Positions 1 to 10,198 of a stretch of DNA of 64,000 nt are shown in pieces. The position numbers were made by a program, and so were the translations under genes. The notes under the pieces are model-generated. The model was not told where the DNA came from. It saw only the letters and a program-made list of their open reading frames with translations, and did not search any database. The stretch comes from Desulfatiglandales bacterium. Its GTDB lineage: Bacteria > Desulfobacterota > DSM-4660 > Desulfatiglandales > HGW-15. The stretch covers positions 960,001 through 1,024,000 of the forward strand of contig CAXXJJ010000004.1 of NCBI GenBank assembly GCA_963667015.2, given 5' to 3'. Within the stretch, counting starts at the first letter, position 1, and each line of letters begins with the position of its first letter.

Positions 1-2
1 CC

Positions 3-1241
3 GGTCCGTTTACAATCCCTCTCATGAAAAAAACAGGATACCCTCCTAAAAAGGCTGCAGCCACAGAGGTTGCAGCCAGCACCGACGGGCAGCTTATGCC
101 GCCAATCATGGGCGCCGCTGCCTTTATAATAGCGGAATATGTAAATGTTCCCTATATCGAAGTTTTAAAGGCGGCAGCAATACCTGCACTGGCATCCTAC
201 TTCGGACTGTTCTGCATAAGCCATCTGGAGGCTTCAAAGTTGGGCATAAAAGGACTTCAAAAGGAGGATATCCCCGTATTTATCCACACATTAAAGAGCG
301 GGATACACTATCTTATACCTATCGTTATACTGCTCTATGAGCTTGTTGTGCTGAGACATTCGCCTGAACTTGCAGCATTCAAGGCAATAATCCTCTTATT
401 ATTTATTATCATGTACCAGGAAATCCGCTCATCCTTTAAGGCCGGGCAGAGCTATGCAGCCGGGATTGTAAACGGCCTCAAAATAATACTGGAAGGGCTG
501 ATAAAGGGCTCTAAAAACATGATACCTGTGGCCCTGGCATGTGCATCAGCAGGTATTATTGTCGCGGTTGTAAATATGGGGATAGGCGGAATGATATCCC
601 ATATTGTAGAGAGCCTCTCCGGCGGAAACATTTACCTTCTCCTTATAATCACGGCAATAGCAAGCCTTCTATTAGGTATGGGCCTTCCCACAACCGCAAC
701 CTATATTGTAATGGCCTCCCTGACTGCACCGATAATAGTTAAGGCAGGCACGGTCTATGATATTGTAATACCAATAATGGCTGCACATCTTTTCTGTTTT
801 TACTTCGGAATACTTGCTGACGACACACCGCCGGTAGGGCTCGCGGCCTATGCCGCATCAGCCATAGCTGACTCGGACCCGATATCTACAGGTATACAGG
901 GTTTTATTTATGATATCAGGACATCGGTTATAGCATTTATGATGATATTCAATCCTGACCTCATCCTTTATAATATTAACAGCTGGCCCCTTGGAATCAT
1001 GATCTTTATTATGACACTTACGGCCATGGCAGCATTTACGAACCTGACTCAGGGTTTTTGTATTAAAAAAAACAGGTGGTATGAGGTCCCTTTTTTCCTG
1101 CTGGCAACATTAATCCTTTTTTATCCGGGTATCATAACAGGGATATTTAAAATTGATTTTTCCAACCGGTATTTTATGTACATTATAGGGCTTGTTATCT
1201 ATGCCTCTGCTATACTGATGCAGAATGTACGTAAACAGTAA
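3..1241 (+). CDS. TRAP transporter 4TM/12TM fused permease (5' partial)
   Basis: Motifs FTIPLMKKTGY, GQLMPPIMGAAAF, LGMGLPTTATY, DDTPPVGLAAYAA; frame is open to the window edge. Confidence 0.92.
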   Translation, partial: GPFTIPLMKKTGYPPKKAAATEVAASTDGQLMPPIMGAAAFIIAEYVNVPYIEVLKAAAIPALASYFGLFCISHLEASKLGIKGLQKEDIPVFIHTLKSGIHYLIPIVILLYELVVLRHSPELAAFKAIILLLFIIMYQEIRSSFKAGQSYAAGIVNGLKIILEGLIKGSKNMIPVALACASAGIIVAVVNMGIGGMISHIVESLSGGNIYLLLIITAIASLLLGMGLPTTATYIVMASLTAPIIVKAGTVYDIVIPIMAAHLFCFYFGILADDTPPVGLAAYAASAIADSDPISTGIQGFIYDIRTSVIAFMMIFNPDLILYNINSWPLGIMIFIMTLTAMAAFTNLTQGFCIKKNRWYEVPFFLLATLILFYPGIITGIFKIDFSNRYFMYIIGLVIYASAILMQNVRKQ

Positions 1242-1259
1242 TGGGAAATGTATTTTATT

Positions 1260-1340
1260 GTAGGGGCACGGCGTACCGTGCCCGGTTTTAACAGTTCTTG
1301 AAATTTATAATTTAAAGTGCACGCTGCAGCGTACCCCTAC
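1260..1340. repeat. Inverted doublet of GTAG-type REP palindromes
   Basis: GTAGGGGCACGGCGTACCGTGCCC (1260-1283) and an inverted GTAGGGGTACGCTGCAGCGTGC (1340-1319) between convergent genes. Confidence 0.7.
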
Positions 1341-1389
1341 GAATATTATCGTTGATAAAACTCTAAACCAATGGCTGACAGCGCTGACA

Positions 1390-1893
1390 TCATTTTTTCC
1401 CTACCGCGTCTTCAACCGCTGAATTCAGCCGATCATTTTCAGCTTTCAGCTCATTTACCAGTTCACTGATTCCGGCGACCATTTCATTAAACTGATGTGC
1501 CTCTTCCTGAAGCAGATCATCTTTTCTTAAGTGGATTCTCTTTAAAAAATCTCCGCATGCTATTTTTTTATAGGCATTGCAGAAATTCACAAGCGGGCCG
1601 CATACCCTGTGGGTCATCCAGAGCTGGGATATAATAGAAAGGAAAAAGGTTATTAAAAGAAGTATATACAGAAAGATAACTCTTAAAGACAATGATACTT
1701 CCAGGTCGCCAAGTGGAAAATTCCAGACTCCCTGATCACCTGTATAACTTTCGGACAGATGAGTATATACGATAGCCATGGTTAAGATAAGAACAAGCAT
1801 CATAAACAGCAGATTAACTACAACAACCCTGTGCTGAATCCGAAAATTTATCAATAGATTTCTTATCTTGCGTTTACTTTTCGTGGAAGCCAT
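1390..1893 (-). CDS. Two-TM membrane protein with HAMP-like domain
   Basis: Two hydrophobic segments followed by THRVCGPL...GDFLKRIHLRKDD...FNEM. Confidence 0.7.
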   Translation of the reverse strand: MASTKSKRKIRNLLINFRIQHRVVVVNLLFMMLVLILTMAIVYTHLSESYTGDQGVWNFPLGDLEVSLSLRVIFLYILLLITFFLSIISQLWMTHRVCGPLVNFCNAYKKIACGDFLKRIHLRKDDLLQEEAHQFNEMVAGISELVNELKAENDRLNSAVEDAVGKK

Positions 1894-1964
1894 TGTATTT
1901 CACCTTTCATTTAATATGTGATCAAAAACATTTAAATTGCAGTGTAATAATCAGGCCTGTTTTT

Positions 1965-2882
1965 TTATTCTTCCTGAGGAAAAACCATCTCCCCTGTAAT
2001 ACTCAGGTCATAACCATCCAGTTCTTTAGCAAGGGTTTTAAAGGCCTGACTCCGTAGAAGGCCAAGGAACAACTGTATACCCTGATCAAAAAATCTGTCC
2101 TTTAAAACGATGAGATCAAATCGTTCCATGCGCAGGGGAATAAAATCAAGGTCAAGCAGAGAGGCAACTGTTTTAATGGCAGGCCCTGCGTCTGCCCTGC
2201 CGGAAAGGATTTCAAGTCCAACATCGATATGCCTCTGCAGTTCAATATCATATCCTTCAATGCTTTTCCCGTCTATGCCGGCTTTATTGAACTCTCCGTC
2301 CAACAGGAGACGTGTCCCTGTTCCCTCAGGCCGGTTCACAATCTTTAATCCTTTTTCCTTTAGATCTCCCAGGCTCGATATTCCTTTTGGGTTGCCCTTT
2401 TGGATTAAAATACCCTGCTCTCTTCTGCAGAAATTGACAACAGCAGGAACCTGCCCCAGCTCCTCATTTGCGAAATCAAAGTTATACTCCTTTTCGTTTT
2501 CCTGGAGCAGATGACTGGATGCGATATGACACAGATTATTCTTTAATGCCTTCAATCCTCCAAGGCTTCCCATATTACCGAAAACAGCCGCGTGTTCCGG
2601 ATACTGCCGGTTAAAGAGTGTAATTGTTTTTTCAAGAAGAATATCGTTGCTCCCGCATATTATCAGGAGACCATGATAAGGCGGAAGAGGATTTACGGCT
2701 TTGGGGTAGTTAATGGTCTGACCTTCAAGCCATTGTTCAACAAGATGTTTGGGAAAAAGCCATTTTCCTGTCACCTTTACAGCAGGAAGCCCCTTTTCAT
2801 TGATAAGGGAATAAACCATCTTTTCATTAATATTCAGGAATTCCGCCACCTGTTTTGTGTTGAGCATTATTTTCCCTTCCAT
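1965..2882 (-). CDS. Excisionase-like HTH + periplasmic-binding-protein-like domain regulator (TaoR-like, tungstate/molybdate responsive)
   Basis: LNTKQVAEFLNINEKMVY...GLPAVKVTGKWLF HTH; GSND, GSLGGL, VNRPEGTGTR PBP-like motifs; directly downstream of tupC; start set at ATG 2882 after GAGG. Confidence 0.82.
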   Translation of the reverse strand: MEGKIMLNTKQVAEFLNINEKMVYSLINEKGLPAVKVTGKWLFPKHLVEQWLEGQTINYPKAVNPLPPYHGLLIICGSNDILLEKTITLFNRQYPEHAAVFGNMGSLGGLKALKNNLCHIASSHLLQENEKEYNFDFANEELGQVPAVVNFCRREQGILIQKGNPKGISSLGDLKEKGLKIVNRPEGTGTRLLLDGEFNKAGIDGKSIEGYDIELQRHIDVGLEILSGRADAGPAIKTVASLLDLDFIPLRMERFDLIVLKDRFFDQGIQLFLGLLRSQAFKTLAKELDGYDLSITGEMVFPQEE

Positions 2883-2896
2883 GTTTTTGCCTCTCT

Positions 2897-3895
2897 TTAG
2901 ATAAACTGGATACTGTCCTGAGGACACTCAACTGTTACAGTGTCCCCTATATTCAAATCAGATATAAGATATTTTTCTTTTTCCATCAATAGGATTAAGG
3001 AGATATTTAAATCAACAATCACCCTTATTCTGTCCCCCTCATCTGTCAATTGTATAAGCCTGCCTTTGACCTGATTATCTTTTAATTCGCTATTTTTTAT
3101 AATTTTCATCTTCATGGGATTAACAGATACACGTACTTCACCCTGCCGGTCTGTATCAACCGGAAAGCTCACTTCATCCTGGATCTCAACATATTTTCTA
3201 TTGCCGCTTTCGATTATAACCCCGTTAAAAATATTCTCATGTATTGAATCTGATACCATGCCATTATTTATATATATTATCTTATCGGCTATTCTTTTTA
3301 CCTGAAGCATATCATGAGAGGTAAACAGGATAGAAATACCCTTTTCTCTGTTGATCCTCTTTATAATTTTTTCTATGCCTGAACGGTTTTCAATATCAAC
3401 ACTTGAGGTCGGTTCGTCCAGGAGTATGACATCCGGTGAACAGGCAAGCGCCTGCGCAATGGCAACACGCTGGGTTTCTCCTCCGGAAAGAGTGTGCCCC
3501 AAAGCCCCTCTGAAATCAGTCATCCCCATCATTGCCAGCAGTTCTTCAACTATTTTATGCCTCTCTGTTTTTTCAATTTTTCTGATTTTTAAGGGAAATT
3601 CTACATTCCTGAATACGGTTGTCGTGAATAGAACCGGATGCTGCTGTACCAGTACAACATTTTTACGATGCCTGATCAGGCTGGAGTTGGAATAGCTGAT
3701 TCTGTTTCCATTGAATAATAAATCACCTCCATCATGCTCCATAATAAATGCAAGGATCTCAAGAAGCGTAGTTTTACCTGCTCCATTAGGCCCCAGGAGG
3801 CCATATATGTATCCCTTCTCGATACTTAAAGTATCAAGATCAAGTACCTTTCTGCCTTCATATTGTTTGACCAGTTTTTTTATCTCATACAACAT
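2897..3895 (-). CDS. tupC: Tungstate ABC transporter ATP-binding protein with C-terminal TOBE-like region
   Basis: GPNGAGKT, LSGGE, LLDEP motifs; adjacent to tupB. Confidence 0.85.
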   Translation of the reverse strand: MLYEIKKLVKQYEGRKVLDLDTLSIEKGYIYGLLGPNGAGKTTLLEILAFIMEHDGGDLLFNGNRISYSNSSLIRHRKNVVLVQQHPVLFTTTVFRNVEFPLKIRKIEKTERHKIVEELLAMMGMTDFRGALGHTLSGGETQRVAIAQALACSPDVILLDEPTSSVDIENRSGIEKIIKRINREKGISILFTSHDMLQVKRIADKIIYINNGMVSDSIHENIFNGVIIESGNRKYVEIQDEVSFPVDTDRQGEVRVSVNPMKMKIIKNSELKDNQVKGRLIQLTDEGDRIRVIVDLNISLILLMEKEKYLISDLNIGDTVTVECPQDSIQFI

Positions 3896-3899
3896 TGGA

Positions 3900-4595
3900 T
3901 TATATCCTGCTTTTTCCCTGGAAATAATTCAGGATTATATTTACTGAAAAACTTATAAGTAAAAGTATCAAACCCAGGGCAATACTGAGTACAAATTCCC
4001 CTTTATCATATTCAAGGGCCATCGCAGTAGTCATTGTCCGGGTAAATCCCTTTGCATTTCCTCCCAGCATCATGCTTATACCCACCTCGGCTATAACCCT
4101 TCCAAAGGCAATAATAATGGCTGCAACAAGGCTGAACCTCGCCTCGCGCATAATTACAAGCGCTGTCTGCAGCCCGCTGGCTCCAAGGGTAAGAGAGGTT
4201 TTTCGATAACGGTCATCAATCCGGCTTACGGCAGAGATTGTATAGGTAGTAAGAATGGGGGAGATAAGGATTATCTGACCAATGATTATAGCCTTCTGTG
4301 TATAGAGAAGATCAAGCGAACCCAAAAGGCCTTTTCTGGATATAAAGGTATAAACCATGAGACCTATGACAACAGTGGGCAGAGCCAGAAGCGTGTTTAA
4401 ACATGTTATCACAAGACGTTTTGCTGCGAACTCCTTCAGAGATACAAACATTCCCAGAGGGATACCCATTAAACCTGCAATTAAAGTAGATGAAATACTT
4501 ACATTCAGGGAAACAATTATTACGTCCAGAAGTTCCCTGTCCAGTGAAAGTATAAGGAGCAATGCAGATTTAAAGCTGTCTGAAAAAAAGGTCAT
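3900..4595 (-). CDS. tupB: Tungstate ABC transporter permease
   Basis: LALPTVVIGL, FGRVIAEVGISMMLGGN, TRTMTTAMALE. Confidence 0.92.
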   Translation of the reverse strand: MTFFSDSFKSALLLILSLDRELLDVIIVSLNVSISSTLIAGLMGIPLGMFVSLKEFAAKRLVITCLNTLLALPTVVIGLMVYTFISRKGLLGSLDLLYTQKAIIIGQIILISPILTTYTISAVSRIDDRYRKTSLTLGASGLQTALVIMREARFSLVAAIIIAFGRVIAEVGISMMLGGNAKGFTRTMTTAMALEYDKGEFVLSIALGLILLLISFSVNIILNYFQGKSRI

Positions 4596-4658
4596 ACGGT
4601 CGTTAGATCAGTTTCTTAAATTGTTTTTATAGGTTATTTCCGTCTACATAATAGAGCA

Positions 4659-4673
4659 TTATTGTTATTATAA
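4659..4673. promoter_or_regulatory. Candidate operator shared with the second tupA promoter
   Basis: TTATTGTTATTATAA here versus TTATTGTTGTTATAA at 8257-8271. Confidence 0.35.
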
Positions 4674-4793
4674 GTCAATTATTGTCTTTTATAGAAAGAT
4701 TTAATTTGCAATGTAAGTTTAAGATTTTGAGTTAAAAAAAAAAGAGACAGGATAAACACCCCGCCGGTAAAGAGCGGGGCATTAACTGTTTTT

Positions 4794-6080
4794 TTAAAAC
4801 TGAACGATAACCGAGGTTGTAACTACATGCTCGTCTTCATCTCCCGACTGCTTTTCGGTTGAGAACAATGAATAATTTATCCCGGCCTTTACATTATGGC
4901 CACTTAAATAATAGTTCAGCCCCACTGTATATTCGGTTTTTTCATTATCACTTATCTTCTCAGGATTATCAGGGTCGATAAATGCATAACGCCCGGCAAT
5001 TTCAAAATGCTTCGGAACAAAGAAAAATCCGCCCTGAATATAATAACCCCGGGCATTTTGCTCACCAAATGACGTTACATCTTTGGGATCGATGTTACGA
5101 TAATGATATCCGCCCATAAAAGAAAAACCGCCGCTCTTATAGGCCAGGTCGGCAGTCCATTGAGACACATTACTTTCAACCGGAACAATAGAGGTATTTC
5201 CAAGATTTCCCGCAAGAGTTGCACGTTCACCTGGTTCAAGACCGGGCATATAGGCGCCCGCAAGGGCCAGAGAGAACACCGGGCTTGAAGGATTATCCAC
5301 AGCAGATTCCGAATAGGGATAAGAATCGAATGGGCTCCACACAAGTCTCCCTACATACATGTAGTCATTATCAACATTATTCTGATTTGCCCCGCTTCCA
5401 TTAAAAAGCCCAACACTGTAGTCAATGGAATCGAATATTTTTTTACTCGAGATCTGGAGCCCCATATCCCTCTGCAGGGAAAACTCGGAACTGGCTATAG
5501 ACCTTTCAATAAGCTGTAAACTGAATCCGCTGTCAAGATATTCCCTGTCAAAGGGAACCTTGTATTGACCCAATCTTGGAATAAATGATTTATTAAAGGC
5601 GGCTTCCACATAGGCATCCCTTACTGCGGCCCTGCTTCCTTCAAGGGTGATCTGGGTACTGTATTTAAGCCACGGGGCATAGACATTTCCGGATGCAATA
5701 ATTCTTCCCCTTCTTAGGCGAAAGGTCGATTCCGATTCACTGTTATCAGGATTATTATAGGAAAAGATACCTTGTAAACTGGCATTTAGCTTAATAGAGT
5801 AGTTATCATCCGGTGTTTTAATGACTGCACCCTTTACATATTTCACTTCAACATTTCCGGTCCTGCCGGAAAGTTGCGGTTTAGCCGGCCCTTCTGACTT
5901 TACCTCCGGCTCTGCTTTATCACCCTTTTCAAGTTCTTCGCCAATAACTCTTGCTTCATCACTCGTAATGATATTTTTTTCAATTAACATTTGAATCAGT
6001 TTATCGGTTTTATCTGCGCTGGCAGATACAGGAATTAAGTAAACAAAACATACTATCAATATTAAATTTATTTTCTTCAT
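4794..6080 (-). CDS. Phosphate-selective (OprO/OprP-like) anion porin
   Basis: Signal peptide, FRLRRGR, LGQYKVPF, LIERS, RDMG, GLNYYL motifs and C-terminal Phe. Confidence 0.8.
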   Translation of the reverse strand: MKKINLILIVCFVYLIPVSASADKTDKLIQMLIEKNIITSDEARVIGEELEKGDKAEPEVKSEGPAKPQLSGRTGNVEVKYVKGAVIKTPDDNYSIKLNASLQGIFSYNNPDNSESESTFRLRRGRIIASGNVYAPWLKYSTQITLEGSRAAVRDAYVEAAFNKSFIPRLGQYKVPFDREYLDSGFSLQLIERSIASSEFSLQRDMGLQISSKKIFDSIDYSVGLFNGSGANQNNVDNDYMYVGRLVWSPFDSYPYSESAVDNPSSPVFSLALAGAYMPGLEPGERATLAGNLGNTSIVPVESNVSQWTADLAYKSGGFSFMGGYHYRNIDPKDVTSFGEQNARGYYIQGGFFFVPKHFEIAGRYAFIDPDNPEKISDNEKTEYTVGLNYYLSGHNVKAGINYSLFSTEKQSGDEDEHVVTTSVIVQF

Positions 6081-6251
6081 TGAGTGCTGCCTTTAAATAT
6101 TTTACAAATTTTACCAATAGAAAAAGAAATCTTTTATACAGAACATTTATACAGGTGACAACCATGAAATCAGAAAGGGGAAGCAACTCTATATCGGCAG
6201 GATATAATAATCAGGGAATGATAAAGCGGCGGGGTGTGAAACCCCACCCTT

Positions 6252-7148
6252 TTACTTTAAGGCATCAGGGAAAAAGGCCTGTTTACCCTCTATTTTATAA
6301 TCAGCTATTATCTTTTGTGCATTTTCTGATACAATCCATTTGGCCAGCTTTTCAGCCTGCTCAAACTTTACATTGGGATGTTTCTCAGGGCTTACAGGAA
6401 TGATACCATATGGATTAAAGAGGGCTTGATCGCCTTCAACCATTATTTCAAGATCAAGCCCCTGCTCTCTTCCTAATTTGTATTTCAGGTAAGTTCCACG
6501 GTCGGTCATGGTATATGCCTGTTTTTCTTCTGCAAAGGTAAGCGTTTTTCCCATTCCCTGCCCTATTGAAAAATACCATTCATCAAGGCCTTCAGGGTGC
6601 TGAAATGTGAGTGTTTTATTTTCACCCTTTAAAATAACCTCCCTTGTTTCACTCGCAATCGGAACCCCGGAAAGGTTCCATAATTCCTGTTCTTTGGTAT
6701 GGGTACCACTGTCATCTCCCCTGGAAATAAATGGGGACTTTTTATCTGCGATCTCTTTCAGTGCCCCGGAAGCGCTTTTCATACCTTTTACGGATGCAGG
6801 ATCATTTGAAGGTCCTACAATAACAAAATCATTATGCATAACTGCCAGGCGATAGGTTCCGTAACCATCGGATACAAATTTTTCCTCACGGGCCTTTGCA
6901 TGAACAAAAATAATATCAACATTTCCATCTATTCCATCACGTATGGCTGCTCCGGTTCCCTTTGCGATTACCTTTACACCTATACCGGTGTCAGCAGTAA
7001 ATGCAGGCAGAAGCACATTTAACAGCCCCGAGTTTTCGGTACTTGTAGTCGTGGACATTGTGATGCTTTCATCCTTCCGGGAAGTTGAGCACGACAATAT
7101 CAGCAGACCTGATATACTAATTAAGAAACCTGTAAGATATCTTTTCAT
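6252..7148 (-). CDS. tupA: Tungstate-binding periplasmic (lipo)protein
   Basis: TTTS tungstate motif (STTTSTENSGLL), GTGAAI, SRGDDSGTHTKE, GQGMG, DRGTY. Confidence 0.92.
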   Translation of the reverse strand: MKRYLTGFLISISGLLILSCSTSRKDESITMSTTTSTENSGLLNVLLPAFTADTGIGVKVIAKGTGAAIRDGIDGNVDIIFVHAKAREEKFVSDGYGTYRLAVMHNDFVIVGPSNDPASVKGMKSASGALKEIADKKSPFISRGDDSGTHTKEQELWNLSGVPIASETREVILKGENKTLTFQHPEGLDEWYFSIGQGMGKTLTFAEEKQAYTMTDRGTYLKYKLGREQGLDLEIMVEGDQALFNPYGIIPVSPEKHPNVKFEQAEKLAKWIVSENAQKIIADYKIEGKQAFFPDALK

Positions 7149-7200
7149 ATTGTTACTCCATTTATGCTGTTGTATTTATTACACGATTAAAAAGCATATA

Positions 7201-7313
7201 TCTCGCAGAGCCCGCAGAGATCACAGAGAAAGACAAGAACATTTTATTTTAATTAAAAAGCTTTTCTCTGTGGCCTCTGTGAGCTCTAGTGAACGCAGTG
7301 AACGAGCGAGAGA
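7201..7313. repeat. CACAGAG/CGCAGAG-rich MITE-like element, copy 1
   Basis: Internal inverted repeats; inverted near-copy at 12306-12426. Confidence 0.7.
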
Positions 7314-7339
7314 TCTTCTTTTTATTTTAAGTCACTATT

Positions 7340-8212
7340 TTAATGCCGGGCATTTGCCTGCTCAGCATCCATATAAAGTGAATATCCGTATTCCTTTTTG
7401 CCAAACTCTCTTATTATCTTCTGGCCCTGTTCGGATTTTACAAAATCAATAAACCCGGTAACCATTTTATGTACCTCTCCAGGTCTGCTGCCCTGAGGTG
7501 TGCCAAGTGCATGATAAACATTAATAAGAACAGGATCACCCCTGAATAATATCTCAATATTTTTAATTTTTCCTTTTTTTGCGAACCAGGTGCTGGAATC
7601 GGTCATGAAATAACCACTTTCCTTATCAGCTCTCAAGAGAGTTGGCCCCATGAAATCATTGGTGGCGACATACCATGACCCGGATGGCTCTACTCCAGTC
7701 ATCTCCCAGATCATCATCTCCTTTTTATGGGTTCCGGAATTGTCATTCCTGGTAAAAAATAAAGACTTTGAACCTGCTATATTAAAGTATGCATCCTTAA
7801 CTGATTTTGCATCTTTTATTCCGGCAGGATCAGAATCAGGCCCTGCAATATAAAACTCATTTCCCCCTATCAGGGTTCTGTTTACAGCCCAGCCTTCAGA
7901 AACAGCCTTTTTTTCTGCCTCCGGGGCGTGTACCATAATTATATCTGCTTCCCCTGTTTTAAGGGCTTTGAGCGATTCTCCGCTGCCTCTCTTTATCCAG
8001 TTAATCCTGCAGTTATTCCTGTCACAGAATGGTTCAGCAAGAGCTCTGAGCAACCCTAATGACCCAGGACTTCCGGTCGCAAGGGTTATTGAGACTTTAC
8101 CATCTCCATATGTATCATCATATTTGCCTTCGCCTTTAACCTGAGGTGAATTTATAATTATAAGCAAGGCAAGCAATAAAAACAGATATAATATATTTCT
8201 TTTTAAGACCAT
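7340..8212 (-). CDS. Second TupA-family substrate-binding protein (lacks TTTS)
   Basis: VHAPEAE, TRNDNSGTHKKE, LINVY motifs; LATGSPGSLGLL replaces the TTTS motif. Confidence 0.8.
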   Translation of the reverse strand: MVLKRNILYLFLLLALLIIINSPQVKGEGKYDDTYGDGKVSITLATGSPGSLGLLRALAEPFCDRNNCRINWIKRGSGESLKALKTGEADIIMVHAPEAEKKAVSEGWAVNRTLIGGNEFYIAGPDSDPAGIKDAKSVKDAYFNIAGSKSLFFTRNDNSGTHKKEMMIWEMTGVEPSGSWYVATNDFMGPTLLRADKESGYFMTDSSTWFAKKGKIKNIEILFRGDPVLINVYHALGTPQGSRPGEVHKMVTGFIDFVKSEQGQKIIREFGKKEYGYSLYMDAEQANARH

Positions 8213-8374
8213 AGTTACCTCTATATTTACAAGCATTACTTATCGCTTTTTGTTATTTATTGTTGTTATAATCTTTTTGCTTCATTATTTACATTTTTAT
8301 CATTCCATTTTCAACCAATATTACATATTAATTACTTTGATAAACTGATAGCTAACCGGTTTGATAAGAATCTC

Positions 8375-9985
8375 TTACTTCAACCTGACAACAGGGTAAT
8401 CCTCATAAAGAAGTTTCTGAGTAAGAATATCTCTGACTGTTACCCGCAAAGCTTTATTCGGGCCTACTCGAAAGCTTACAGAAAATCTTTTTATCCCTTT
8501 TTCTCCGGGAGGCGATGCTTCTATGAAGGTAGGATTGTTTTCATTCATCCAGAACTCAGTAGATTCGCCGGACTTGTTATTGTTATTATCAAATACAGCG
8601 CAGCCGTTCAGGTCATAGACAATTTCGCCCGCACATTCAGTGCTGCCGACTTTTTCTGCTAATTCAAAAATATCAATTCCAAAAAAGCGCTGGTCGTCCC
8701 TTGTGGCTTTCATGGTCATATTTTTAAATCCAGCTTCAGTAGGAAATTGTGTTCCCCTTGATATCAAAGGCAAAAACTCGTGAGTTCCTGTTTTCCGGTT
8801 ATAGCTTTTTATCGCGTAATCGTGCTGTATATGATCATATAAGTGTTCTATATCACTGCTCAAAAATCTACATGCCCCTCTGGCAACAGCGTCATATGGC
8901 CTGAAATATTTTGTTCTGTCTCCAAACAGTGTGCGAACCTGCCTTCGGATACTTGGAATCTGGCTTGTGCCGCCTACAAGCAAAGCTTCTTTTATTGAAG
9001 ATTTTTCAATTCCTTTTTCATAGGCGTGCTTCAATGCCCGTTCAATAGTTTCCTGTACATTATGATAGAGTCCGTTTTCTTCAAGAAGGTCTTCAAGCTC
9101 ACTTCGTCTGTATTTTCCTTTGAGCCTGAGTCCTGATATTTCGTGGGTTATGTCATAGTTATGTTCGTCATTATTGGTAAGGCTTTCTTTTATTTCTTCC
9201 ACTCCCCGCATAAACAGGGCGCTGGCTTCTCTTGCATCCAGTACATTCATATCAGCGCGTTTTAGGATATCTCCATAGAGCCATCCGTCTATTGTTCGGC
9301 CTCCGATTCTGCAGCCGGCCTTCCCCATTACTCTGCAGCCGATGCCGCGATCAACTTGATCTTCTATTCTTATAACAGATACATCCAGCGTACCTCCGCC
9401 AAAATCAAAAATAAGGTAAACGTCACCCTTCTGCAGCTGTGTATCGTACCCGAATACACAGGCGCTCGACTCATCCAGAAACCTGTATCTTTTTATTCCC
9501 AGGTCACGGCATGTGGAAGACAGCCAGTCAGTATAATGTTCAAAGGCTTCCACTGGTACCGTAAAAACCACTTCACCTGATGCCAGATCAATATGCCCTG
9601 ACTCTGCTGCTAAAAACAGTATCTTTTCTAAAAAATCGCGGCCTGCAGTAAAATAATCCACTGTGGTTCCGTCAGGAATCGGATAATTTATTTTTCGCCT
9701 GGACTGAATAAAGGCCTTCAGCCACCTGAAAGAGCCTTTGCTTTTTTCAAGCATCTTATCAATAACCTGGGCGCCAATAAAGTTTGTACTTTTATCTCTG
9801 TAGCAGATCATGGAAGGGATATAGGGTATTTCAATGTTCCTGCCGTCCTGTTCAAATAAGAAAGGCAGGGATACATCCTCAACCGTATGGAGGTCAACAT
9901 CATGTTTTTCTTCATTCCAGAACGCAACAACAGTGTTTGAGGTTCCAAAATCAATTGCCATTTTTTGATAACGACTGCTGCTCAT
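8375..9985 (-). CDS. Hsp70/DnaK-like ATPase (non-canonical, short substrate-binding region, no lid)
   Basis: AIDFGTSNT, VFTVP, FDFGGGTLD, LLVGGTSQIP, AVARGA. Confidence 0.88.
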   Translation of the reverse strand: MSSSRYQKMAIDFGTSNTVVAFWNEEKHDVDLHTVEDVSLPFLFEQDGRNIEIPYIPSMICYRDKSTNFIGAQVIDKMLEKSKGSFRWLKAFIQSRRKINYPIPDGTTVDYFTAGRDFLEKILFLAAESGHIDLASGEVVFTVPVEAFEHYTDWLSSTCRDLGIKRYRFLDESSACVFGYDTQLQKGDVYLIFDFGGGTLDVSVIRIEDQVDRGIGCRVMGKAGCRIGGRTIDGWLYGDILKRADMNVLDAREASALFMRGVEEIKESLTNNDEHNYDITHEISGLRLKGKYRRSELEDLLEENGLYHNVQETIERALKHAYEKGIEKSSIKEALLVGGTSQIPSIRRQVRTLFGDRTKYFRPYDAVARGACRFLSSDIEHLYDHIQHDYAIKSYNRKTGTHEFLPLISRGTQFPTEAGFKNMTMKATRDDQRFFGIDIFELAEKVGSTECAGEIVYDLNGCAVFDNNNNKSGESTEFWMNENNPTFIEASPPGEKGIKRFSVSFRVGPNKALRVTVRDILTQKLLYEDYPVVRLK

Positions 9986-10194
9986 GAAAGCTCAACTTCC
10001 TCATCAACATCTAGTTCCTGCTCACCTTCCTGCTCATGCATCTCCGATGTATCTTCTCTCAACAGTATGTTTCCGCCAAGGTCGTTTTCAAGATCTCTAG
10101 TTAAATCAAGGCATTTTTTTCCTTTAACGCCTCTGACTTCATATTTGACCTCACCGCTGTCATCAATAAAGACTTCTATCTCTTCTATATTCAT
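9982..10194 (-). CDS. DUF2997 family protein
   Basis: IEVFIDDSGEVKYEVRGVKGKKCLDLTRDLENDLG; adjacent to AAA and DUF1257 genes. Confidence 0.8.
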   Translation of the reverse strand: MNIEEIEVFIDDSGEVKYEVRGVKGKKCLDLTRDLENDLGGNILLREDTSEMHEQEGEQELDVDEEVELS

Positions 10195-10198
10195 TTCG

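Noticed and set aside
6085..6250. Possible Moco/tungsten-cofactor riboswitch between tupA and the porin
   Set aside because: Only one simple hairpin (6228-6248) is evident and no Moco-motif consensus is recognisable; an Infernal search would be needed
7201..7313. CRISPR-like repeats
   Set aside because: Short imperfect units without unique spacers; no cas genes in the window
8375..9985. Housekeeping dnaK
   Set aside because: Lacks the canonical substrate-binding/lid region, and dnaJ/grpE are not nearby
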